From an uncultured Pseudomonadota bacterium (GTDB taxonomy: Bacteria > Bdellovibrionota_B > Oligoflexia > Oligoflexales > Bog-1112): DNA of 33,779 bases. The position numbers and the translations under genes were made by a program. The notes under the pieces were generated by a model. That model had not been told where the DNA came from and made no database searches. It worked only from the letters and a program-made list of their open reading frames with translations. The stretch covers positions 1 to 33,779 of the forward strand of contig CALBMD010000400.1 of NCBI GenBank assembly GCA_937896265.1. Reading direction: 5' to 3'. Position 1 is the first letter of the stretch; every line of letters starts with the position of its first letter. Positions 16,338 to 24,945 of the stretch are shown here, piece by piece.

Positions 16338-16774
16338 TAATAAACCCCCTTTATGTAAGAATATGCAGAGTAAGACTCGCCTGTCGGCCCATATCCCCTC
16401 ATTTCATATCTTTCGCATTCAAAACCAAGCATCATTACAAACCTGTGTCCGTTTAAAAACTCAGTCCTAACCGTTGCTTCTATTCTTCTTAAATTTACAC
16501 TATTTAAAAATTTTTTACACGCCCTGAAAACTCTTGTGAATACTTCTGGATTGCCAGGAATAAACATGGCCCAAGCCTCTCCTCTACCAGTCCAGTATTC
16601 ATTAATGCCCATACATGCAATTGGTTTTTCATCTTTCATTAACGTAAAAGCGTATTTAGACTTAGAAAGATTAGTTAACGTATCTTCAAATAATCCAGCC
16701 CTAATATTGACCATAAGATCGTCACTAACTAGATCCTCTAAATGCTTTAGTTCTAGTTTAACGATTTTATTCAT
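16337..16774 (-). CDS. GNAT-like acetyltransferase-fold protein at the T7 gp13 position
   Basis: RRIEATVRTEFLNGHRFVMMLGFECE resembles the GNAT core (R-I-x-x-x-V ... LGF). TAATG junctions occur on both sides, between the nozzle and the internal virion genes. Confidence 0.55.
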   Translation of the reverse strand: MNKIVKLELKHLEDLVSDDLMVNIRAGLFEDTLTNLSKSKYAFTLMKDEKPIACMGINEYWTGRGEAWAMFIPGNPEVFTRVFRACKKFLNSVNLRRIEATVRTEFLNGHRFVMMLGFECERYEMRGYGPTGESYSAYSYIKGVY

Positions 16775-19335
16775 TACCTATCCTGTGTGTGTAGCTGCGG
16801 CATTACGGCTAAAATCGTAAGCGGCAAAGGTTGATCTTGTCTTAGGCAAATATTATTATCAAAATCATAATCGGAGTCAATCTGCTCGCTAATAATTCCA
16901 GAAAATAATGGAGGCGGCAATCCCATTTGATCTGAAGTGCTTCTGAAAATAACAGGGTCAAGCCTGTCGTATGAAGTCCCAATTTTAAGTCCAAGACTTC
17001 TATGAAGCATGATTCCAACTCTATTGATTCTTCTGGTCTTACCGAGCGCAGTTCCGTCCGAAGCACCAGCCTCTATCCTCATTAACTTCACATCAGAAAT
17101 GTATTTTAAGCCAACATGAACAATCGAAGCTGGAGCATCTAACGTGATTGAACCACCAGAAACAATGCAATCAGGATGAGCCGCACCGTCCACGCATACA
17201 GAAACAGTCTCCCCCTCTAAGTGAGAAAGATTTGATACCGCAGAAACGCGCTCTCTAAAATATCCACCTGAAATATATGGAGTCCAAGAAGTTGAATCAA
17301 TACCATCAAGGCTAAATGTATTCGCAGTCAAGACAGTAACCGTATAAGATTTTTTATTGATACTCGTTAAAACTCCATCTGAATCAGTGTATTTTAGGCC
17401 AAAAACATCAGAAAAGTAAACGCTATCCCCAGTTGTTAGGCCATGAGAAGCCTTGGTTACAACCGTAGTTGCTCCAGTCGATACAGAAGTAATAGAAATA
17501 GGTTCGTCATAGGTTAATCCGCAATCAACAAAAAAACCGTCACCCTGTTCGGTAAGATCATCAAACATAGCAACCATGTACTCGACTGATCTAAAAACCT
17601 GACCATTTATATATCTCTTAACAATCAGCCATAACTCTTCTCGTTTTCCATCTGGGGATGGTATTGAGGCGATACTTTCAACTATGGCAGCATTATCAGC
17701 AGAGTCAGAAACACCACCTAAAACGTGCCTGTGCCAGCCAACGCGAAGGTTATCTAAGTCTCGATCGTAAGTACAACCAACTAAAACACCGTCTTCTCTT
17801 GGCATCCAAACAATACTTTGAGGCTCTTTTTGGAGCTTCATTTCTACAAGGCCCGCTCCAGTAATGTGTTCAGAAAGTTGAGAAAGATCCGTTGCCCTAA
17901 AACCATCAACATCATAAAAGTATGAAAACTCTCTTAGTTTTCTACCCGATCTCTGTATAAACAATGTGGCCCGACCAACCTGGATGGCTTGAACGTAGCT
18001 TGAACCATAACTTGAAGTTTTCTTTGCAGAAACATTTAAAGGAGAAAGAGCCTCGCCTTGATTTGATGGTCTAACTACCCACTCACCACCAACCGACAAC
18101 CCAATTAATCCCTTTTCATCTGAAGACATTGTTTCGATGACGTTTACATCACTTGAATTTAATCCAAAAGACCAAGCATTATCTTTAACGGTTGTATTTG
18201 ATAAATCTGATGGAGGAAAGTTTTCATAATCCCCAACTTTTGAAGCATCAATTCTTTGTGGCGACTTAGGCGCTCCAGCAAAACAAAGGCGATCCTCATG
18301 GAAGGTGCAAGTTGCGGGATAATTATTGATAAAGTAAACCCCAAGTCTCCATTGCTGTGCGGCTGTGGAAGCGGTAAGGTTTGATCTAATATTTATCTGA
18401 ACCTGTGAAGAGTTATTAAGAGCGGTGATGTCTGCCCATCCCCAATCTCCTGTATATCTAATTCTTACTTTTCTGCCCACGTCTGCGGCCTCAAATAACC
18501 CAGCACTAATTGTGCCTGATCCAGAAAAAGCATTTACAAAAGCAGACCCTTGTAAATCGTATGTGGTTGCTGAAATTTTAGTTAATATCCACGTTCCATT
18601 GGCCTCGGTAGTTCCAGCCACTCCAGCAATATATGCTCTTGCTCCAGTTCCAAAAATATCGCTTGTGCTCGTGGTAATTCTAATTAGACCAGAGCCATTA
18701 TTTACCGCACCCGTGACGCTTCCAGCGGCTCCAATAGTAAGTGTTGTTGATCCACTCGTTGCCCCTGGTGTAAGCTGTGCCGCAGAAGTTCCATCTTTAA
18801 ATGCGGTGAGAATGCCAGTCCCAATAATGGGGCGATCTCCAAATTCTCTTGGATTAAGATATGGGCCATCTAAAAAATCAATGGTCACTAACTCCCATTC
18901 CGAATCACCATACCGAAGTAGTTTTCTAGGAGCAAAAATAGTGCTCGTAATATACAAGACGTCTGCGCTTTGAGTAAATTTTAAGTCTAAAATTTCAGCG
19001 TCATCAAAAGGAGTTGCAATTTCATAAGGAACGCCTGGAGATGCTTCGATCACTCCGTTGTCTTTAAAAAACCGAATGTATGAATCACCAAACTCAAGAA
19101 TGTAAGCCTGTTCAATGCTGTATTGAAATTCGACTAAAATTGATCTTTTGCTACTGTCCTTAGTTTCATTTACATAATAGGTTCCAGAACGACGAACCAA
19201 TCCCCCCTGTACGGTCGGGATCATGTTTTTGCAATCAGCCAATGACTCTTTATATCGGTCAAGATCCACACGACCGTAAAGAAGTGGGCTTAACTCCCCC
19301 GCGCTAAAACTCCCTTGTAATGGTGAAGCCTTCAT
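16774..19335 (-). CDS. Tail tubular protein B / nozzle (gp12-like)
   Basis: 853 aa. The N-terminus MKASPLQGSFSAGELSPLLYGRVDLDRYKESL is the pattern I associate with podoviral nozzle proteins. It directly follows the gp11-like gene. Confidence 0.75.
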   Translation of the reverse strand: MKASPLQGSFSAGELSPLLYGRVDLDRYKESLADCKNMIPTVQGGLVRRSGTYYVNETKDSSKRSILVEFQYSIEQAYILEFGDSYIRFFKDNGVIEASPGVPYEIATPFDDAEILDLKFTQSADVLYITSTIFAPRKLLRYGDSEWELVTIDFLDGPYLNPREFGDRPIIGTGILTAFKDGTSAAQLTPGATSGSTTLTIGAAGSVTGAVNNGSGLIRITTSTSDIFGTGARAYIAGVAGTTEANGTWILTKISATTYDLQGSAFVNAFSGSGTISAGLFEAADVGRKVRIRYTGDWGWADITALNNSSQVQINIRSNLTASTAAQQWRLGVYFINNYPATCTFHEDRLCFAGAPKSPQRIDASKVGDYENFPPSDLSNTTVKDNAWSFGLNSSDVNVIETMSSDEKGLIGLSVGGEWVVRPSNQGEALSPLNVSAKKTSSYGSSYVQAIQVGRATLFIQRSGRKLREFSYFYDVDGFRATDLSQLSEHITGAGLVEMKLQKEPQSIVWMPREDGVLVGCTYDRDLDNLRVGWHRHVLGGVSDSADNAAIVESIASIPSPDGKREELWLIVKRYINGQVFRSVEYMVAMFDDLTEQGDGFFVDCGLTYDEPISITSVSTGATTVVTKASHGLTTGDSVYFSDVFGLKYTDSDGVLTSINKKSYTVTVLTANTFSLDGIDSTSWTPYISGGYFRERVSAVSNLSHLEGETVSVCVDGAAHPDCIVSGGSITLDAPASIVHVGLKYISDVKLMRIEAGASDGTALGKTRRINRVGIMLHRSLGLKIGTSYDRLDPVIFRSTSDQMGLPPPLFSGIISEQIDSDYDFDNNICLRQDQPLPLTILAVMPQLHTQDR

Positions 19336-19908
19336 TTAATTCCTCACCGTTAGCCAGTCATCTTCCGGCGGTCTAATTCTTCTTCGTTGAAAAGCATTTG
19401 ATTTTTTAGCTTTCTTTAAAGCCTCTTGATAAAGAGATGAAATATTCTGTAACTTTTGATTGCTCTGAGTAATATCTTCACAAATTTCAAGCGCAATTCT
19501 ACAAGCTAAAACTTCTGCTAAAAGCGGATCAAAGTCTGAGGTGTTAGTAATATTTTTAATATATCTAATTTCTAATGGAGCGGAATCGTCAGTGTAGATT
19601 TTTCCATTTTCAATCTGCCAATCAAGCTGATTTGTATTATCAAGTTCATCTGGATCAAGCAATCTTACAAAGTCAGAAGGGAGCGTATAAGCTGCCTCTT
19701 TTCCAAATAAGGGTGCGGTAGAGTCCTCCGCTAATTGCGCTCTTTTAATTGCACAATTCCAATCGTGATCAGCAAGTTCAGCAAGCTTGCAAGAATCAAA
19801 CGCAAGGTTTACCGATCGAGCATTCTTTGAGTCCTCGGTTAAAGCGTTAATCGTTCTTGCTCCAATCTTCTGAAGTGCTCTATTACATATTTCAATTTTT
19901 GTAGCCAT
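19336..19908 (-). CDS. Tail tubular protein A / head-tail adaptor (gp11-like)
   Basis: 190 aa. ICNRALQKIGARTINALTEDSKNARSVNLAFDSC...DHDWNCA is the typical adaptor N-terminal pattern. GGGGAG SD. Confidence 0.7.
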   Translation of the reverse strand: MATKIEICNRALQKIGARTINALTEDSKNARSVNLAFDSCKLAELADHDWNCAIKRAQLAEDSTAPLFGKEAAYTLPSDFVRLLDPDELDNTNQLDWQIENGKIYTDDSAPLEIRYIKNITNTSDFDPLLAEVLACRIALEICEDITQSNQKLQNISSLYQEALKKAKKSNAFQRRRIRPPEDDWLTVRN

Positions 19909-20052
19909 CTACATTCTCCCCATAAGTGAACCAATGTTTCCAATGAATCCTACAAATTTATTACTACTTACAATAAGTGGCGCATAACCCGACAATGGTG
20001 GGTAATAAGTTCCTGCATAATATGACTTTGCGAAGTAACTATTAGAAAACAT
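19909..20052 (-). CDS. Unlisted small ORF (47 aa, Tyr-rich: MFSNSYFAKSYYAGTYYPPLSGYAPL...)
   Basis: It fills the gap exactly. Its ATG overlaps the upstream TAA (TAATG), its TAG abuts the next ATG at 19908, and GGAG lies 7 nt upstream. Confidence 0.5.
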   Translation of the reverse strand: MFSNSYFAKSYYAGTYYPPLSGYAPLIVSSNKFVGFIGNIGSLMGRM

Positions 20053-20840
20053 TACTCATCTCCAACATCGTAAACAAGAGCCGTTCTATTTCCACTACCG
20101 TCAACCGTAGCAACTATTCTTTCTTTTCCATCGGTAACATTTCTAATTGTAACCGTAGCCGTTTCAGCTCCAGAAATTTTACCCGCCAATGCAGAAAGAA
20201 TTAATCGTAAGGATTCTTTCATAGAGTAACCGTTTTCAATGTCGTAATCATCTAAAAGTGCCTTAGCCAAGCCTTCTGGAGAAAGTGCAGTTGGGCCGCC
20301 CACATTCCATTCCATGAATGCGCCGACAAGCGTGGTCGCGGTCAAAGTTCCTGATGCTTGTAAAGCCGTGACCATTGAAACAATCGCGCCTAGCTCTACG
20401 TTTGTAAGCGTTCCACTAGCTGACATGGACGCGACCAATGCCGCTGATGCCGCTAGTTCTGCGTCTGTGATTGTACCAGATGCCGCCAATGCAATTTCAA
20501 GTGCGACGATCAATCCCAAAGCTGCATCGGTTACAGAAAGCGTGGCATTCATTGCAGTCGTGATTGGATAACCGCTGCCCAAAGTTGCGGCGTTTAAAGA
20601 GCCACTAGCCGCCATTCTTTCCGCACTGGTAGAAATACCGCCATCTTTTGTTGGTATAATCCAAGAATAAGGAGCAAGATAACCGCGTGGCGTGCCTTGG
20701 TATTGGCTGTAACCACCCGCAAACTGATTTCTAACTTTGCCTGTTTGCGAAAAGTTATTTCGCATTAGCCCTAAAGCTTGACCGCCCATATTTTTCACAG
20801 GATTCGCAAATAAAAAGTTATTTCTGGAAATTAATGCCAT
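20052..20840 (-). CDS. Structural/fibre-associated protein with five ~21-aa ASGTLT-type repeats
   Basis: Track ORF 20052..20849 (GTG start). I prefer the ATG at 20840, which forms a TGATG junction with the upstream stop and has GGGTGGGG upstream. Confidence 0.7.
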   Translation of the reverse strand: MALISRNNFLFANPVKNMGGQALGLMRNNFSQTGKVRNQFAGGYSQYQGTPRGYLAPYSWIIPTKDGGISTSAERMAASGSLNAATLGSGYPITTAMNATLSVTDAALGLIVALEIALAASGTITDAELAASAALVASMSASGTLTNVELGAIVSMVTALQASGTLTATTLVGAFMEWNVGGPTALSPEGLAKALLDDYDIENGYSMKESLRLILSALAGKISGAETATVTIRNVTDGKERIVATVDGSGNRTALVYDVGDE

Positions 20841-22378
20841 CAACCCCACCCAAATTCTGCGGAGCCAATTAGTGCTCCAGATGCCGCAAATGCCGCTCCA
20901 GTGTAAACAATCATGCTTAAATTTGCATCGTCATAAACTCTAGGCATAGATGGAAGTTGGTTTACAAGATCTCGCTCAGAAGCTTGAGAAACCACCGCGA
21001 GTGGTATCTGGGTAATTGGTCGACAAAGAACTAAGTGATAGAAAGTGTTTGCAGTACCAGACGCCGCCGATAGTTGGAAAGTTTGGACTGACGTAACTCC
21101 CCTGTTACCTGCCGCAAGCGGAAGAAATGGTCCATAGTTATTCGCAGCTACGCCCGCATGGGTTATATGTCCATTGTTGGCAGAGGCCGTTGCTGAAACA
21201 GTTACGGGTAAAGAGTTACCAGAATTGTTTGATTCGTCTGTGTAGCTTAATGAAAAGTTATGTGCTACCGCTCCAACTGTACCAGTTAGCTGACCACCAG
21301 AATAACCAGTACCAGCAGATACAATGTAGGCGCGAACCCCTTGCCCGTTTGTGTATCGTGGAAGTAAGCAGTTAATTGTATGAGTGCCTGAACCAGTTCC
21401 GCTAGTGACTGAAATTGAAGTTCCGGCTAATGCGTTTGCATAACTACTCGCTAACTTACAAGTTGTGTCTGTTAACTTAATCACAAAGTAATCAGTACCC
21501 GCACTTAAACCAGTGGGAAGCGTTACTGTAGTTGATACTTGAATTCTAGTAAGATCCTGTAATTCATAAAACGCATGGGTAAGGATATCGTTTGTACCAA
21601 CAGTAAAATCTTCAAGCACGTTTAAATTGTTTGTCAGTGTTTGAGATGAAAGTGAGTTGGCATCTAGGAACGGATAAACCGCTAAAACATCGACCAAGTA
21701 AACTTGTGAAGGAACTCCTGTAGCCGTAGGGGTTAGCATGTTCAAGTTTAAAAGATGCTTTGAATCTGGTCCAACATCACCACCGCAATAGATACCGCCC
21801 TGACTATTTGAAAACTTTAGCGGAGCTAATGCAGATCCACTAATAGAAGTTGCACCAGCACCCCACTCAGTTACAGAAATGTTACCGATTGTGAATACGT
21901 TAGTCGAAGCAGCAGCCGTAAACACAATTGCTTGCGTTGCCCCAGCTACAATAAACTCGACAAAAGTTGCAGCAGAACCGCGAGCTGTTCCGCTTGTTCC
22001 ACCGATTGATACTGTGCAAGTTCCTGAAGTAAATGCGGTTATCGTGTAAGATACGCGATAAGTTCTGCCAGCAACTAAAGGCCTTTGAAGTGAGTCAGCC
22101 GTTAGTGTTGTTCCAGTTCCAGAGGTCTTAACACATGTATTTGCGCCATATGCGTAACCTGTTCCGTTTGCAGTCCAGTTATAGAGCGAACCTTGAAAAA
22201 GTCCGTTTTTTATGATGTCGCCGTAGGTTTGAATCAAAGGCGCTCCTGTAAACATACCCGAGTCGTAACATCGTCCTGCCGTGGCAGCTAAGTTTACAGT
22301 CTTTGTAAATTCAGCTTTATAAAATTTTCCGTTATTCGTGATCTCATTTATTAAGTCGTCTTGTGAATTAAATCCCAT
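20840..22378 (-). CDS. Structural protein, long paralog of 22380..23264 with two inserted domains
   Basis: Blocks shared with the 294-aa neighbour: MGF(S/N)S, SKHLL, YPF(I/L)D, LPRY..G.GV, P(F/L)(F/L)PL..G..GV(R/T)S(I/V)Q, H(A/L)LVL, PR(I/V)YD.A.L. One insert looks jelly-roll/CBM-like. Confidence 0.75.
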   Translation of the reverse strand: MGFNSQDDLINEITNNGKFYKAEFTKTVNLAATAGRCYDSGMFTGAPLIQTYGDIIKNGLFQGSLYNWTANGTGYAYGANTCVKTSGTGTTLTADSLQRPLVAGRTYRVSYTITAFTSGTCTVSIGGTSGTARGSAATFVEFIVAGATQAIVFTAAASTNVFTIGNISVTEWGAGATSISGSALAPLKFSNSQGGIYCGGDVGPDSKHLLNLNMLTPTATGVPSQVYLVDVLAVYPFLDANSLSSQTLTNNLNVLEDFTVGTNDILTHAFYELQDLTRIQVSTTVTLPTGLSAGTDYFVIKLTDTTCKLASSYANALAGTSISVTSGTGSGTHTINCLLPRYTNGQGVRAYIVSAGTGYSGGQLTGTVGAVAHNFSLSYTDESNNSGNSLPVTVSATASANNGHITHAGVAANNYGPFLPLAAGNRGVTSVQTFQLSAASGTANTFYHLVLCRPITQIPLAVVSQASERDLVNQLPSMPRVYDDANLSMIVYTGAAFAASGALIGSAEFGWG

Positions 22379-22379
22379 T

Positions 22380-23264
22380 TTAGTTATTCCCCCAAACCGT
22401 TTCTAAGGTTCCGTTTAATGTGAGTGCTAATGTAGCAGAAGCAGTAGATTGCATGATAAAGTTCAAATATGCGCCATCATAAATTCTTGGTGCAGATGCA
22501 AAATCAGTAAGATAAGTTTTTTCGCTTGGTGCCAATATTGTTGCGTGTTGATAGTCTGCAATTGTCTTTACTAAAACAAGCGCGTGAACACCGCCTATAG
22601 GAGCCTCAAAAGTAATACTTTGAATTGATCTCACGCCTTTATCTAATCCGACCAGTGGAAAAAACGGCCAGCTATAAGTTCTTGGTGCACTTGCGAAAGT
22701 GCCAAGTCCAATCGTAGTTAAATTGGAAGCCGTAATTCCAGTGGTATTTAGCAAAAGTGGAGTAGTAACTCTATTGGATACTCCATCTGAATTTGTGTAG
22801 TTGATGGTACAGTTCTGCCCACCAGTATAGCCTCCTTGAGCGATTAACATTGCGTAAACGCCCTCGCCACTTGAATACCTTGGAAGAGTTGCATTGGTAG
22901 TTAGAATTTGCTCGTCTGTAGAATCTCCATCAATAAAAGGATAGAACATCAAATAATCAAGAAGCTTAAAGTTGAATAAAAAACCAGCCGCACCAGTCGG
23001 TATGTTTGACGTTGTAATTCTTAGTAAATGTTTTGTCCCGCTTGGTGTGTTTTCTCCGTGATAAATTCCAAAATTACCGTTTAGAGTAGATGATTCAAGA
23101 GGAGTTGCTGCGTAAAAGTTTGGCCTAGGATTACCGCCAGACATGGAAAGATCCGTCCATAATCCTGCCGCACCAGAATAAGATAATACCTTACGAAAAT
23201 TAGTTATTTGCGTTTGTCCATTTTCGATTGCATCAACGTATGATTTAACGCTACTAAACCCCAC
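22380..23264 (-). CDS. Structural protein, short paralog of 20840..22378
   Basis: GTG start at 23264 with GGGGG upstream. The resulting N-terminus MGFSS matches the paralog's MGFNS, which supports this start. Confidence 0.75.
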   Translation of the reverse strand: MGFSSVKSYVDAIENGQTQITNFRKVLSYSGAAGLWTDLSMSGGNPRPNFYAATPLESSTLNGNFGIYHGENTPSGTKHLLRITTSNIPTGAAGFLFNFKLLDYLMFYPFIDGDSTDEQILTTNATLPRYSSGEGVYAMLIAQGGYTGGQNCTINYTNSDGVSNRVTTPLLLNTTGITASNLTTIGLGTFASAPRTYSWPFFPLVGLDKGVRSIQSITFEAPIGGVHALVLVKTIADYQHATILAPSEKTYLTDFASAPRIYDGAYLNFIMQSTASATLALTLNGTLETVWGNN

Positions 23265-23421
23265 CGTCTGCCCCCGTTAGTTCGTTCTTAAGAAACTCAA
23301 ACATTGCTCTCTCTGCATCGCTTAAGTGTTCCCCGTTAAGTAGCTTCTGCGTGAATAAATTAAATAGCGCCTTCTTCTCTTCGTCAGTACCAGATAGGGC
23401 TTTTAAGTATTCGTTTGCCAT
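23254..23421 (-). CDS. Unlisted small ORF (55 aa, helical: MANEYLKALSGTDEEKKALFNLF...)
   Basis: It fills the 23265-23425 gap. Its ATG lies 4 nt after the upstream stop, and its end overlaps the next start by 11 nt. The SD is weak. Confidence 0.45.
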   Translation of the reverse strand: MANEYLKALSGTDEEKKALFNLFTQKLLNGEHLSDAERAMFEFLKNELTGADGGV

Positions 23422-23425
23422 CGCA

Positions 23426-23833
23426 TTAATCCAACGTGAATACTAATGCGCCAGCCGCAAATTGTGGTTGAATCCCTGTAGCTACAGATACCGAACTATT
23501 CAAAGCACCTGAACAAATGATTGTTCCAGCCCCACTTGATGAAGTTACGATTGATGCGTGAGTGATTGTGTTAGTTCCAGAAGTACAAGTTGGAAACTGT
23601 TCAAGGTTTGCATTCTCTACAGTTGCACCTGATACCGTGAAGTCAGAAGCGCGTGTCATTGTTACTCGCGCATATGATCCATAGGTCGCTTCACTTGTTA
23701 CTGCACTACCCGCCTCACCTGGATCAGCAGTGTGAAGTGCTAACCAAAGATCGGTATTGCCATCCCAAGATACGTTTGTTCCTACAAAAATATAATTGTT
23801 AATCGCTGTTTCAGCTGTATTTGAAAAACTCAT
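23426..23833 (-). CDS. Small beta-rich structural protein (fibre/collar-like)
   Basis: ORF track. TAATG junction. The pattern LWLALHTADPGEAG...ATYGSYARV...FP recalls a conserved small phage tail-associated family, from memory only. Confidence 0.6.
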   Translation of the reverse strand: MSFSNTAETAINNYIFVGTNVSWDGNTDLWLALHTADPGEAGSAVTSEATYGSYARVTMTRASDFTVSGATVENANLEQFPTCTSGTNTITHASIVTSSSGAGTIICSGALNSSVSVATGIQPQFAAGALVFTLD

Positions 23834-24327
23834 TACCCACCCGCCAATTCTTTTAGTTTAGCCAATTTAAGATTATAGTCAGAAAGAAGACTTTCGTATT
23901 CGTCTTTAGCCTTTTTAGAATCTTCAAGATTTTTAAGTGCTTCAGAATCTAGTTTTTTAAGTTCGAAGTTTTTTGATTCTAGAAAACTAGAAAATTTACT
24001 TTTCTCTTCTTCTAGGTTTGAAAACTCTTTATTAAAAATTAATTGTCTCTCTTCAAGTTTTTTTGACTTTAATTTGTACTCTTCTTGTTCCTTAGCTAAG
24101 GCATCAGAAATTTCTTTCACATCAAGTTTTAACTTTTCAAGAGAAGCAACTTCTGAATTAATTTTAGACGCAAAATTAGCGTTTTCCTGCATTTTTGCAG
24201 AAACTTCAGAATTAATCTTTTCCATTTCTTTCAAAATAGATTCGGCTTTAGACTTGTTTTGAATATTTTCTAATATTTCTAACAAATCCTTTACGCCTTG
24301 ACTTGGAGGAATACTAGGCTGATTCAT
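23833..24327 (-). CDS. K/E-rich coiled-coil protein
   Basis: 164 aa, almost entirely heptad-like charged sequence. AAGGAG SD. AT-rich codons. Confidence 0.7.
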   Translation of the reverse strand: MNQPSIPPSQGVKDLLEILENIQNKSKAESILKEMEKINSEVSAKMQENANFASKINSEVASLEKLKLDVKEISDALAKEQEEYKLKSKKLEERQLIFNKEFSNLEEEKSKFSSFLESKNFELKKLDSEALKNLEDSKKAKDEYESLLSDYNLKLAKLKELAGG

Positions 24328-24337
24328 TAAACACTCC

Positions 24338-24643
24338 TTATGTGTTAGTGATTACGGCAACTTTTTGTCCTGCAATTACACCGAAATATTCGGTTGAATT
24401 TGCAGCAAGACGTTTTGTGTTTACTGTAGCTGTCGGGTTAGATCCGAATGAAATAGAACAAATTGCATCTGTATGAATACGGACGAATTTTGTTTTAGCA
24501 TCAAACGCAGCAGATTGAAGGCTTCCCGCTCCGATTACAACAGGGGTTTGCTCTAACACTGAAGGCTCTTTACCCGCAGCAAGCATTTGACCATTAAATC
24601 CAATTGGAGCCTCTGAATATTCAGAAATATATAGTTTAGCCAT
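24338..24643 (-). CDS. Small head-associated hypothetical protein
   Basis: ORF track. GAGGAG SD. Confidence 0.65.
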   Translation of the reverse strand: MAKLYISEYSEAPIGFNGQMLAAGKEPSVLEQTPVVIGAGSLQSAAFDAKTKFVRIHTDAICSISFGSNPTATVNTKRLAANSTEYFGVIAGQKVAVITNT

Positions 24644-24654
24644 TTGTTATCTCC

Positions 24655-24879
24655 TCAAGCAGGGGGCCAATTGCCTTTTACGATATGGTTTTCTAACATT
24701 TCAATCGCCATTAATACTTCTTGTTTTGTAATAGCGCGAGTAGATCCATCTGCGTTTACCGCAGTTGTCGCTAGATCAACGGTTAGTTCTACTGCATCCG
24801 AATTGGTAGCAGCACCAACTTCTTCAACGATTTCAAACTCTGTTTCGCCTGGATTAATTTTATATCTTCGTGTTGCCAT
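24655..24879 (-). CDS. Small hypothetical protein
   Basis: ORF track. GGGGA SD. It follows the terminator-like hairpin. Confidence 0.6.
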   Translation of the reverse strand: MATRRYKINPGETEFEIVEEVGAATNSDAVELTVDLATTAVNADGSTRAITKQEVLMAIEMLENHIVKGNWPPA

Positions 24880-24893
24880 TTATTCCCCTTTTT

Positions 24894-24930
24894 AAACATA
24901 AGGCTTGAGAGATAAAATATCCCCCAAGCC
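24894..24930 (-). terminator. Rho-independent terminator/attenuator after the capsid gene pair
   Basis: The minus-sense RNA reads GGCUUGGGGGA-UAUUUUA-UCUCUCAAGCC. That gives an 11-bp stem including 2 G.U pairs and a 7-nt loop. It is followed by UUAUGUUU, in the 66-nt gap between the genes. Confidence 0.45.
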
Positions 24931-24945
24931 CCATGAATGATTTAA

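Noticed and set aside
18425-18973. 182-aa + strand ORF and many similar track ORFs opposite long genes (e.g. 255..512, 1788..2105, 1985..2224, 2926..3144, 3098..3316, 4395..4682, 5199..5438, 5536..5727, 7267..7449, 10817..11023, 11790..12017, 13956..14144, 15060..15431, 15714..15962, 15947..16222, 16536..16820, 17658..17864, 20314..20571, 21127..21375, 24074..24262, 24644..24895, 26784..26969, 28016..28207, 29421..29621, 33040..33306)
   Set aside because: All lie antisense to, or out of frame within, longer ORFs that have SDs, coupling and recognisable products. Their own translations are low-complexity with no SD context. I treat them as shadow ORFs.
20052-23833. Diversity-generating retroelement targeting the fibre-like genes
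   Set aside because: No reverse transcriptase ORF and no template/variable repeat pair is visible in the window.
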